Translations under genes and position numbers: made by a program | Notes under the pieces: model-generated | Databases searched by the model: none | Seen by the model: only the letters and a program-made list of their open reading frames with translations | What the model was told of the DNA's origin: nothing | Shown: one piece after another, positions 56,532 to 64,000 of the stretch | How positions within the stretch are numbered: position 1 is the stretch's first letter | How the letters are laid out: each line of letters opens with the position of its first letter | Origin: an uncultured archaeon | GTDB lineage: Archaea; Aenigmatarchaeota; Aenigmatarchaeia; QMZP01 | DNA: 64,000 bases | NCBI GenBank assembly: GCA_964498245.1 | Contig: CAZCGK010000009.1 | Location: forward strand, 1,607 to 65,606 | Reading direction: 5' to 3'

Positions 56532-59387
56532 TTATGTTATTTTCGAATATTCTTCTTTATAGACGAGTAATACGAATATGAGCATAATGATGATTATTGT
56601 TTGTATAAACACGATTTGTGTCGTCGCTGGTGCAAGTGTTGTTATTGCTAAAGCGATTATTAAAGTGATTATACCGAAAAAACCAAAGATGTGTCTTACA
56701 GCTACGAATGTTAAACCGAAAAATATTAGAGTTGCTGATATAAATATTGCGAGCCATGTGTCTATAAGTCCGATCGCTCCGGACAATGTGAATATTCTCA
56801 CTATTTCTGATTGAGATGTCTGCGTGTATTTCTTTACTACAAGCTTTAGTATGTTGTTCTGAATACTTATGCTTGAGTAATCGAAGTAAATCGTAAATTC
56901 GTTTGGTGTTTCTGTTTCAGTATGAGAAAATAGAACTGTGTCCCCGTCATAGATATAGATTTCTGTTTTTGTATTCTCATTTTCTAAGTTTTTATAGTAA
57001 ATTTTCAGTGTTGTATTAGATATTTTGCTTACGCTTATATCGTCAGTTGTAAGTGTGAAGGTGTAAGTCTTTTTTGTTGATTCTAAAACGTCGAGATTAA
57101 CTGATGTTGCTACTGATCCGTCAAGCGTTGCTAAAAATACTTTCTGATCGTTTTCGTAAGTGTAGAGATAATAGAGAGCTTTGATTGTATATGCCTTTGC
57201 CATGAGTGCATCTTGATATGCGTATTTTGTATAATCTGCGAGGACATAGCACTGAGCGAGATTGTTTTTAACTGCTATCGGTTTGTTTGTGCTGGAGTAA
57301 AAAACTATTTCATAGAATTGTTGTGTCTTTGCTACACACGCTCTTGTTGTTGTATCTATTAATTCGAGATTTAAATCAATATATAGTAAGCTGTTAGGAT
57401 CAGTATTATAACGTTTTTCTATGCGAATTACATCACTTTGATTTGAAATAAAGAGTATAGATGTGTCATTGTTTTCTAAGAAGTTGAAAATCTCTTGTGT
57501 TTTCTCACTAATTGCTCTGAGTGTGTTCATATCTGAGAATGAATTGAAAACACTACCGTCATCTTCGTTGATCAGAGTTATATTTTTCTTGTAGATGTAT
57601 ATCTTGTTGCTGCTTGAATCTTGATTGTTTACAATATCGTGACATGTTACACTAAACGAGTTCGTTCCGTCACTGAGTGTGAAGCTATAAACCGTATAAT
57701 TATTTGCGAATAAATATGAATATTTATTTGTATTTATTGTTATATTACATTCTTGCACTGGACTCACTGAATCGCTTACAGAGATATTTATGTATTCAGT
57801 TGCGTTATTGCGAAAACCGTAATTGAAATTATAAGAAATAATTATTTGTGGTGGATTGATATCGCTTATATATGTAAAGTTTTTGCTTTCTATAATGTCG
57901 GGATCTTTAAACAAAAATACAATGGCTGTTAATTCTGTGTCTATGTTATTTGTGTAAATGGTGCTGAATTGATAAGTTATATTGTTGCATTGTATTATTG
58001 TTTCGTTGTAATATTGTGTATTTGCATAATCATCTATTCTTACAATAACACTGATTGAGTTATTTAATAATCCACACCGTGCTGAATAATTTATGTTTAT
58101 TGTATGTGCATAATTTATATTGTTATAAGTTGTGTAATTTGAGAATGTAACAATAAGTGTATATAAATCTGTTGTAAAGAAAACTGTTTCAGATGATGTT
58201 TTACTTTCGCTATCTGTTGCATATATTGTTAAATTGTTGAGTGTTTCACTCTCTACTGTTATGTTCATTTCTATTGTTGTGTCATTGTAATAACTGTTAT
58301 TTTCGTATATTTTTTGCCCATTGAGATATATTGTAACATTTAAGGTTGTTGAATTATCATCTGAAACTATGAAGTTTAGAAAAATATTGCTTGTATAGTA
58401 AGTTGTATTTGACGGTGAGTAAATTATTATCGATGGTGGATTGGTTTCTGCTGTTTCCTCCGCTCCAAAACTGTATGTCGGTTCTGGGTCGTGGTATTTT
58501 CTTATAAAAAACCAATCTGTATATGATATACAATCATATGATGGTCTATATCGAATCATATCTCCTATGTTTTCTCCAGACACTGTTTGCTCGAAAACAA
58601 AATCTCCATTATCGAGGTCTGCGATGAGATATGTCGTGTTCGGAGTTATTGCTGTATATTCGTGAAACTCCGTTGTATCGAATACATATGTTGATGAATA
58701 ATAATAATTATTTGTTCCTCCGTATCTGTCGCTAATTCTTATATAATCGTTTATTCCATCAAACATTATTTGATCATGATTATCTATATCTTCGTATCTT
58801 ACATCAACTTGTGTTTGTGCATTTGTTGATGTGTTAACTTTCCAATGCACCGCAATTGAGTCAGTTGTTGTATATGATACTGAAAGGACTCCCCAAGATG
58901 TTGTATCCGTTCTTTGTAAATACCCATCTGCCTCTGTATATGTGCCTGACTCTACAGTCCATTTGCTTGTATTGAAATCTTCATCATCGAAATCATCTGC
59001 AAACAAAAAAGTTGAATCTATATCACTTTCATTCGCCGCTCCCGAATTCCCGTAATACATGCAGATTGTGCTGTTTATCGTGGGAACTTTAACCCAAACT
59101 TCAGCATACTGCCCGTCAACTTTGTTTTCAATCCAGTAGGGAATTTCGTAAGCATCGTCTGAACAGTTGTTCGTGAATCTCAAATCGTCGAAATCAGATT
59201 GCATTCCAGACTCGTATGTAACATTAAGCAAAACCTGATAATCTGTCAAGCTTGAGCCATCAGGAACGGTTATTTCTATCTGCTTCCTGTACTGCCAATC
59301 GGTATTCCACCAAACAGCGTATGCAGAGTTTATAGTAAGAAGTAAGAAAATCATCAAACTTAACGTTATTATCGTTTTTCGTATCAT
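56532..59387 (-). CDS. large secreted and membrane-anchored protein with an N-terminal DUF2341-like (concanavalin/LamG-like) domain; putative virion adhesin
   Basis: Signal peptide 'MIRKTIITLSLMIFLLLTINSAYA', then 'VWWNTDWQYRKQIEIT...DLRF...YWIE...VWVKVP...YYGN', the DUF2341 hallmark. The body is N/T/S/Y-rich and ends in a C-terminal cluster of three or four transmembrane helices. 951 aa. Confidence 0.6.
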   Translation of the reverse strand: MIRKTIITLSLMIFLLLTINSAYAVWWNTDWQYRKQIEITVPDGSSLTDYQVLLNVTYESGMQSDFDDLRFTNNCSDDAYEIPYWIENKVDGQYAEVWVKVPTINSTICMYYGNSGAANESDIDSTFLFADDFDDEDFNTSKWTVESGTYTEADGYLQRTDTTSWGVLSVSYTTTDSIAVHWKVNTSTNAQTQVDVRYEDIDNHDQIMFDGINDYIRISDRYGGTNNYYYSSTYVFDTTEFHEYTAITPNTTYLIADLDNGDFVFEQTVSGENIGDMIRYRPSYDCISYTDWFFIRKYHDPEPTYSFGAEETAETNPPSIIIYSPSNTTYYTSNIFLNFIVSDDNSTTLNVTIYLNGQKIYENNSYYNDTTIEMNITVESETLNNLTIYATDSESKTSSETVFFTTDLYTLIVTFSNYTTYNNINYAHTININYSARCGLLNNSISVIVRIDDYANTQYYNETIIQCNNITYQFSTIYTNNIDTELTAIVFLFKDPDIIESKNFTYISDINPPQIIISYNFNYGFRNNATEYINISVSDSVSPVQECNITINTNKYSYLFANNYTVYSFTLSDGTNSFSVTCHDIVNNQDSSSNKIYIYKKNITLINEDDGSVFNSFSDMNTLRAISEKTQEIFNFLENNDTSILFISNQSDVIRIEKRYNTDPNSLLYIDLNLELIDTTTRACVAKTQQFYEIVFYSSTNKPIAVKNNLAQCYVLADYTKYAYQDALMAKAYTIKALYYLYTYENDQKVFLATLDGSVATSVNLDVLESTKKTYTFTLTTDDISVSKISNTTLKIYYKNLENENTKTEIYIYDGDTVLFSHTETETPNEFTIYFDYSSISIQNNILKLVVKKYTQTSQSEIVRIFTLSGAIGLIDTWLAIFISATLIFFGLTFVAVRHIFGFFGIITLIIALAITTLAPATTQIVFIQTIIIIMLIFVLLVYKEEYSKIT

Positions 59388-59556
59388 TCATCAGTCACCA
59401 CACTTGTTTTGTTTCATTACCTGCAATCTTTCTTCGTGTTGCTTTACGTCATCCTCTCTCCATCCTTTTATGACTTCCAATATTCTCTCAAATAACTCTG
59501 TTTGTTTCCGAAGTTCCTTCAATATCGCTTTTAATAATATTTGTGTTGTCATACTA

Positions 59557-59760
59557 TCATGTGCTTATATTCGAGTTTTTCAACGCTTCTGATGTCTTTT
59601 CACACTGTTTTCCATTTATTTTCATATAGATCGGTGCTATTTCGAGTTTGTAATAATCGTAAAAATCTACTTCCTTACCACATCTCATGCAAACATAATC
59701 TATTCCGTTCATGTCTTTCGGAATAAAAACATGTTTGCATTTTCTTTGCATAACTATCAC
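59557..59760 (-). CDS. small zinc-finger protein
   Basis: 67 aa with 'CKHVFIPKDMNGIDYVCMRCGKEV'. Confidence 0.35.
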   Translation of the reverse strand: MIVMQRKCKHVFIPKDMNGIDYVCMRCGKEVDFYDYYKLEIAPIYMKINGKQCEKTSEALKNSNIST

Positions 59761-60104
59761 CTTATTTCGCTTTCAACTATTGTTCTTGTTCGCATGAACA
59801 AAATAAACAAAATTATGATTAGTATGATTAACCATGAATATTGATAAAAAAATGAAAGTGCTGATATTTGTTGAGATGTGCTCGTTCTTGCAGCTTCTAT
59901 ACTTTCGTTTGCTACAGCAGGTAAAGTGCTTGTATTTATTGAATTAAGAATATCGTTGCCTGCTGAATAAAATTGTGTATTAAATTCTATTAAGATTGGA
60001 ACTGCGAAACCGAACAGAAAGAGAAGAAGAACACTCATGATAATAAAAACTAACCACATTCCTACTACTCCTTTTCTGTTTCTTATTTTTTGTTTCATAT
60101 TCAC
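59757..60104 (-). CDS. element membrane protein
   Basis: 115 aa with an N-terminal transmembrane segment and an internal transmembrane helix. Confidence 0.35.
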   Translation of the reverse strand: MNMKQKIRNRKGVVGMWLVFIIMSVLLLFLFGFAVPILIEFNTQFYSAGNDILNSINTSTLPAVANESIEAARTSTSQQISALSFFYQYSWLIILIIILFILFMRTRTIVESEIR

Positions 60105-61375
60105 ATCATCAAATCTTGCATAACTTTACGCATTTTTTGCAATTCATTGTAATAGATAAGTCTACCTTTTTTGAAAACACCTTTCATTTCACCTGGTAGT
60201 TTTCCGGGAATAAGAGGTAATGGTGGTGGGACTCTTACTTGTGGTGTTGGTGTAGGAGTTGGAGTGGGTGTTACTGTTGGTGTAGGAGTTGGAGTATCTG
60301 TTGGTGTAGGAGTGGGTTCTGGTGTAGGTTCAGGAGTAGGTGTAGGAGTTGGACTCGGTTCTGGTGTTGGAGAAGGTGTTGGTGTAGGGGTGGGTGTTAC
60401 TGTTGGTGTAGGAGTTGGAGTGGGTGTAGGGGTTGGCATAGGTGTAGGAGTTGGACTCGGTTCTGGTGTTGGAGAAGGTGTTGGAGTAACTGTTTTTATT
60501 CTTATTCTCTTTTTTCCTTTTGTTTGTGTTGGTGTTTGCGTTGTGGTAGATGTGGGAGTTGGTGTTATAGTTGGAGTTATGATTGGAACTGTCGGTTCTT
60601 TTACAAATTTATGTCCTAAAACATCACCAATTTTTTCATATGGATCTATAAGTGACTGTCCTATCCAATCTACCGCTTTTGCTCCTTTCATTTTGTTTAT
60701 ATACATTTTTGATAAACCATAACCACCTATCCCAGCACTTATTGTACCCAATCCAGCACTAATTAAAATTGTTCCTGGTTCAACTTTACCTTCTCGTGCA
60801 AGAGATGATACTATTGATGTTACAGTGCCTTCATAAAGACCACCAACTGCAGACGCTTTTAATACTTGTTTTGGTATTTGTTTTTTAGCTACATTTAATG
60901 CAATTTTACCACCACTTTTTGCTGTTAATTTAGTTATACCTTTTGTTGCGATTTTTGCACCAAGTGCTTCTGATGCACCAGAAGGTATTGCTACACCTAT
61001 TGCTTCTCCTATTCCCCCAGCGAGTTCAAGTGTTGATACGGCTGATGCAATTTTCTTAGCTTGTGTTTTATCTACACCACGCTGTATAAGTTTTTGTTCA
61101 GTCTTTTTTGCAACCTCTTCTCTATAAAATAGCTGTGATCCTGGAATATCGAAAGCTGTTATTTCTTTACCGCCATCGGGAAGAATATCGATACCGGGAG
61201 ATGATTCTCTTACTTCCGCTTTTGCTTCTTGTATCGTTTGTTGTATTGTTGTGTTTGTTTCTATTTGCTGTTTCACATCTGCTTCTATTTGTGTTTTCGC
61301 TATTTCTTTTGCTATGATTGGTGCTAATATGCTCGCTGCTGTTGCAATTGCCAATCCAACAAGGAATCCCACCAT
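60101..61375 (-). CDS. membrane-anchored protein with a long Pro/Thr-repeat linker (fibre/tape-measure-like)
   Basis: N-terminal transmembrane segment '[20 protein letters not shown]', a Gly/Ala-rich helical region, then about 110 aa of ([12 protein letters not shown])n repeats, followed by a basic C-terminus. Confidence 0.55.
   Translation of the reverse strand: MVGFLVGLAIATAASILAPIIAKEIAKTQIEADVKQQIETNTTIQQTIQEAKAEVRESSPGIDILPDGGKEITAFDIPGSQLFYREEVAKKTEQKLIQRGVDKTQAKKIASAVSTLELAGGIGEAIGVAIPSGASEALGAKIATKGITKLTAKSGGKIALNVAKKQIPKQVLKASAVGGLYEGTVTSIVSSLAREGKVEPGTILISAGLGTISAGIGGYGLSKMYINKMKGAKAVDWIGQSLIDPYEKIGDVLGHKFVKEPTVPIITPTITPTPTSTTTQTPTQTKGKKRIRIKTVTPTPSPTPEPSPTPTPMPTPTPTPTPTPTVTPTPTPTPSPTPEPSPTPTPTPEPTPEPTPTPTDTPTPTPTVTPTPTPTPTPQVRVPPPLPLIPGKLPGEMKGVFKKGRLIYYNELQKMRKVMQDLMM
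60236..60495. repeat. DNA-level tandem repeats encoding the Pro/Thr linker
   Basis: 'ggtgttggtgtaggagttggagtgggtgt' units are reiterated. A roughly 38-nt block 'ggagttggactcggttctggtgttggagaaggtgttgg' occurs twice (about 60349 and about 60452). Confidence 0.7.
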
Positions 61376-61379
61376 TCTT

Positions 61380-61922
61380 TCACCCGAACATCGATTTTAT
61401 TACATCGAAAGCTGTAGGTGGTTTTTTCTTATTTTTAAGAGATCTTGTAGGTCTCATCGCTACTCCCCCCGATATGGCCACTCCCGGTGGTTTTGCTCGA
61501 CCCTTCTCAAATTTTGGAACATAACCTTCAGCTTGGTTAATTCTTAGCTCGATTAATGCAACGAGCTTAGGATCTAAGCCACGAGAAATTATATAAGCAC
61601 GTAGTCGCTCAAGAAATTCTCTATCATTTATCTTTCCTTGAGCGTTTGCAAGCGTGAGTTTTTCTATGTATTGGATATCATCAAGTAAATGTGGAGCGTA
61701 CTTTCTTGCAAGTAATTTCAAAATTCTGAAACGGCCTCGTAGTTCTTTTATTGTTGCTGGATCATATTTCTGTGGTGTTCTTGTAAGAAGTTGTCCATTT
61801 ATTTCATCATATGCTGTTGCATATAAATTTGTTAATAATTCCCAATCTTCATTTACTTTACCATGTGTTGGGATCCCAGCAACGCTTCTACCTACACCCA
61901 TATAAATATTTTTCTTCTTCAC
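61380..61922 (-). CDS. element hypothetical protein
   Basis: 180-aa basic protein. Confidence 0.4.
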   Translation of the reverse strand: MKKKNIYMGVGRSVAGIPTHGKVNEDWELLTNLYATAYDEINGQLLTRTPQKYDPATIKELRGRFRILKLLARKYAPHLLDDIQYIEKLTLANAQGKINDREFLERLRAYIISRGLDPKLVALIELRINQAEGYVPKFEKGRAKPPGVAISGGVAMRPTRSLKNKKKPPTAFDVIKSMFG

Positions 61923-61955
61923 AGTATAAAATAGTAATTTAGTATTTTTATAAAT

Positions 61956-62366
61956 TTATGAAATGGCACTTTCCTCTTTTTCTGATTCAGCATTTTTTGT
62001 TTTTCTAAAGACAATTGAAATATTTATCTTTCTTGTTCTCGAGTCGAGTAGTTCTGCGACTTTTTTTATTTCTTTAAGTAACTGATCCGTCTTATCTGCA
62101 TGCTTATTCTTTATTTTCTTTCTAAAGTCGACGAAGTCAAAATTAAATTTTTGTCCGAGTAAAGCTTCTGCTATACGTAGCATTTGAAGATAAGAGTTAA
62201 AGCGATCTTCTGATGACTGATTCGGATTTGAATAACTCATAAGTCCTGCTTTGATGTGTTGATAGAACAAATGTATTATAGGGTCTTTAGCGAAATCTAT
62301 AATTTCTTGATATTCTCCGAGTTGTTTTTCAATTATTTCTTCATTAGATTTTGTTTTCTTTTTCAT
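61956..62366 (-). CDS. element hypothetical protein
   Basis: 136 aa, helical and charged. Overlaps the downstream ATPase gene by 4 nt. Confidence 0.35.
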   Translation of the reverse strand: MKKKTKSNEEIIEKQLGEYQEIIDFAKDPIIHLFYQHIKAGLMSYSNPNQSSEDRFNSYLQMLRIAEALLGQKFNFDFVDFRKKIKNKHADKTDQLLKEIKKVAELLDSRTRKINISIVFRKTKNAESEKEESAIS

Positions 62367-63337
62367 ATCAACCCTCTTCTTTTGACTTCTTCTATGAATC
62401 TTGGTAAAAATTCTTTTTTGAATTCTGATTTCGATAAATCGAACATTTTCATTATTATCTGTGCATTCTGTGTCGTAAAGTAAACACCACGACGCTTTGA
62501 GAACGAAGCGAGATTCTTCACCATTTCAAAGATTTCATCAACTTGCAGTTCTTGTGTGAAATCTCTGATCTCTCCGAGTTCACGCTTTATCTCCCGGAGA
62601 ATTATCTCACGCTTTCTCTTGAGTATTTTTGATTTAGTTTCTATACTATGTTTAATAAACTCTTGTTTTACTTCTGTGCTTGGCATAGTTATTATCGATG
62701 TTGAAATCTTGAAAGTATAATCTCCGAAAGGAAGTTCTAATCTTTTTAAACGCAGTATTGGCTTTTCAACGTTGCTTCTGTCATTCCAGAATGTGTAGAT
62801 ATGCATTTGCACCTGATGCTTACGTTCAAGAATTATATCATAGTGGATTGTTTTTCTTACATCTTTTACTATATCTCCGAGATCTTGTGAATTGTAAATG
62901 AGAATTCCACCATAACCACAGTTTTCAACTTTAATCGCTCGTAGTGTTGCGTTTGCTTCCGCAATGGATTGAGAGAGTAATGTATACCATCTGTGAGCTG
63001 AAACAAGTTGTCTTAACTCCTCTATAACGAGAGTTATGTATTTACTCTTTGTCCATAGATCTACTTTTTTTGAATACTCAGCTGGTGTGTAAATAACTTG
63101 TTTGATAACATTGTAGTTTATAGCGATATTCATTATACGAGAGAATAAATTTTCAAGACGTTGTGCAAGAGAAAGACATGTCATACTTTTACCTTCTCCA
63201 CTTTTACCTTCAACAAATACAATAATTATACGATCATTAAAAATAGGTTCGATGAATGCTTTATAGAGAATGAGATCTTCAAGAGTTTCTATCGCATCAA
63301 AAACCCTTTTATCTTTTATTTCGATTTTTATTTCCAT
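62363..63337 (-). CDS. P-loop ATPase (viral or plasmid type)
   Basis: Walker A 'VEGKSGEGKSMT' and Walker B-like 'ITLVIEE' are present. 324 aa. Confidence 0.55.
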   Translation of the reverse strand: MEIKIEIKDKRVFDAIETLEDLILYKAFIEPIFNDRIIIVFVEGKSGEGKSMTCLSLAQRLENLFSRIMNIAINYNVIKQVIYTPAEYSKKVDLWTKSKYITLVIEELRQLVSAHRWYTLLSQSIAEANATLRAIKVENCGYGGILIYNSQDLGDIVKDVRKTIHYDIILERKHQVQMHIYTFWNDRSNVEKPILRLKRLELPFGDYTFKISTSIITMPSTEVKQEFIKHSIETKSKILKRKREIILREIKRELGEIRDFTQELQVDEIFEMVKNLASFSKRRGVYFTTQNAQIIMKMFDLSKSEFKKEFLPRFIEEVKRRGLI

Positions 63338-63491
63338 ATTAATATATTTTTATAAAAATATTAATTTATAGTTTTACTTTTTTTATCAAAAAACACTTTA
63401 TCGACAAAATGGTTATTTTGTCGCAAAAAGAGATCGAAAGTTCGTGTGATAGACCAGTTATATTAAAAGTCAAATAGATAACCTAAATAGA

Positions 63492-64000
63492 CTAACTCAT
63501 TACTTTCTTAAGGTATTTAGCAACTTCGAGAGCATATCTACGAGATCCGTGAACATAGAATGTCGAAGATCCAGCGATGGCTTTCGGCAACAAAGGTTTA
63601 CCGAAGTAAAAGTTTATGTATTTTTCTTCAAGTCCTAAATCAAAGAGAATAGATGCTATGTTGTGCCTGAAGAAGTAAAATGTGTATGGGTAGAATTTGC
63701 CTTTTACGGTTTCTCCGATATTGTATTCTATATTCAGACGCAAAAATTTATCTCGTGGGTTTCGATACTTCGCTATATGTGTAAACAAATACTCCTTTGG
63801 AAAAATCTTTTTCTTGAAAAATTCTGCGAGAAATTCGGTTTGTTCATTGCAGATAGGGAGCATTATAAGCCGTTCAAAACCGCCTTTTATCGTCTGTATC
63901 TTCATTCTTATATATTCTTTCTCTATTTCTATTCTTTCCCGGACTATCAAACATATTTCGGCAGGCCTTGCTCCTACAAGATATTGCGTTATGAGCAAAG
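63492..64000 (-). CDS. tyrosine-recombinase catalytic domain (second integrase), N-terminus beyond the window
   Basis: Box I-like 'LVGARPAEICLI', box II-like 'FFRHNIASILFDLG', and '...TFYVHGSRRYA' with a candidate catalytic Tyr. The frame is open to the window edge; the ORF-track start is a TTG. Confidence 0.45.
   Translation of the reverse strand, partial: LLITQYLVGARPAEICLIVRERIEIEKEYIRMKIQTIKGGFERLIMLPICNEQTEFLAEFFKKKIFPKEYLFTHIAKYRNPRDKFLRLNIEYNIGETVKGKFYPYTFYFFRHNIASILFDLGLEEKYINFYFGKPLLPKAIAGSSTFYVHGSRRYALEVAKYLKKVMS

Larger units (their letters stand above)
50290..64000. mobile_element. integrated provirus or integrative element (continues beyond the window end), putatively from a spindle-shaped PAV1/TPV1-like archaeal virus
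   Basis: GC falls abruptly to about 30%. A tyrosine integrase sits at the left end and an integrase catalytic-domain ORF at the right window edge. Between them lie an RHH regulator, more than 12 small membrane-protein genes in one minus-strand array, a DUF2341-like 951-aa adhesin, a PT-repeat protein, a P-loop ATPase and a small two-helix capsid-like protein. Confidence 0.7.

Noticed and set aside
60171-60722. 183-aa Gly/Val-rich ORF (and 60239..60619) on the plus strand.
   Set aside because: It is antisense to the Pro/Thr-repeat coding region. Reverse-complement reading of the ACN/CCN repeats automatically gives GVGV; it is a repeat-induced artefact.
1-64000. CRISPR arrays or cas genes.
   Set aside because: No regularly spaced direct repeats of 24-40 nt were seen. 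The only tandem repeats are the coding Pro/Thr repeats at 60.2-60.5 kb.

Overview
This is a low-GC (~38-40%) archaeal chromosomal segment. Gene content, tRNA introns and an archaeal histone point to a euryarchaeon of the Thermoplasmata/DHVE2 type, but lineage assignment is an inference. Positions 1-50.3 kb are mostly housekeeping. They carry four aminoacyl-tRNA synthetases (Tyr, Trp, His, Glu), RadB, Orc1/Cdc6, the Lhr helicase, Pelota, GMP synthase subunit B, apgM, adenylate kinase, a histone, RNase P protein subunits Rpp21 and Rpp30, and a rearranged ribosomal-protein block (S17-L14-L24-S4e-L5-S14-S8 | L30e-NusA | RpoD). Two long intron-containing tRNAs are also present. Accessory islands are interspersed: an S-layer-like surface protein with a strong promoter, a wHTH-nucleotidyltransferase/HEPN toxin-antitoxin pair, a HerA-like ATPase co-oriented with Lhr, a Cys-rich DNDCDG-repeat surface protein, two AAA+/DUF4143 ATPase paralogs, and a kinase/phosphotransferase/repeat-protein cluster. 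From about 50.3 kb to the window end (and beyond), composition drops sharply to roughly 30% GC. This stretch has tyrosine integrases at both ends, an RHH regulator, many small membrane proteins, a 951-aa DUF2341-type adhesin, a Pro/Thr-repeat fibre-like protein, a P-loop ATPase and a small two-helix capsid-like protein. I interpret it as an integrated provirus or integrative element, probably a spindle-shaped (PAV1/TPV1-like) archaeal virus, and it is the most notable feature of the window. No CRISPR array, rRNA gene or replication origin was seen.
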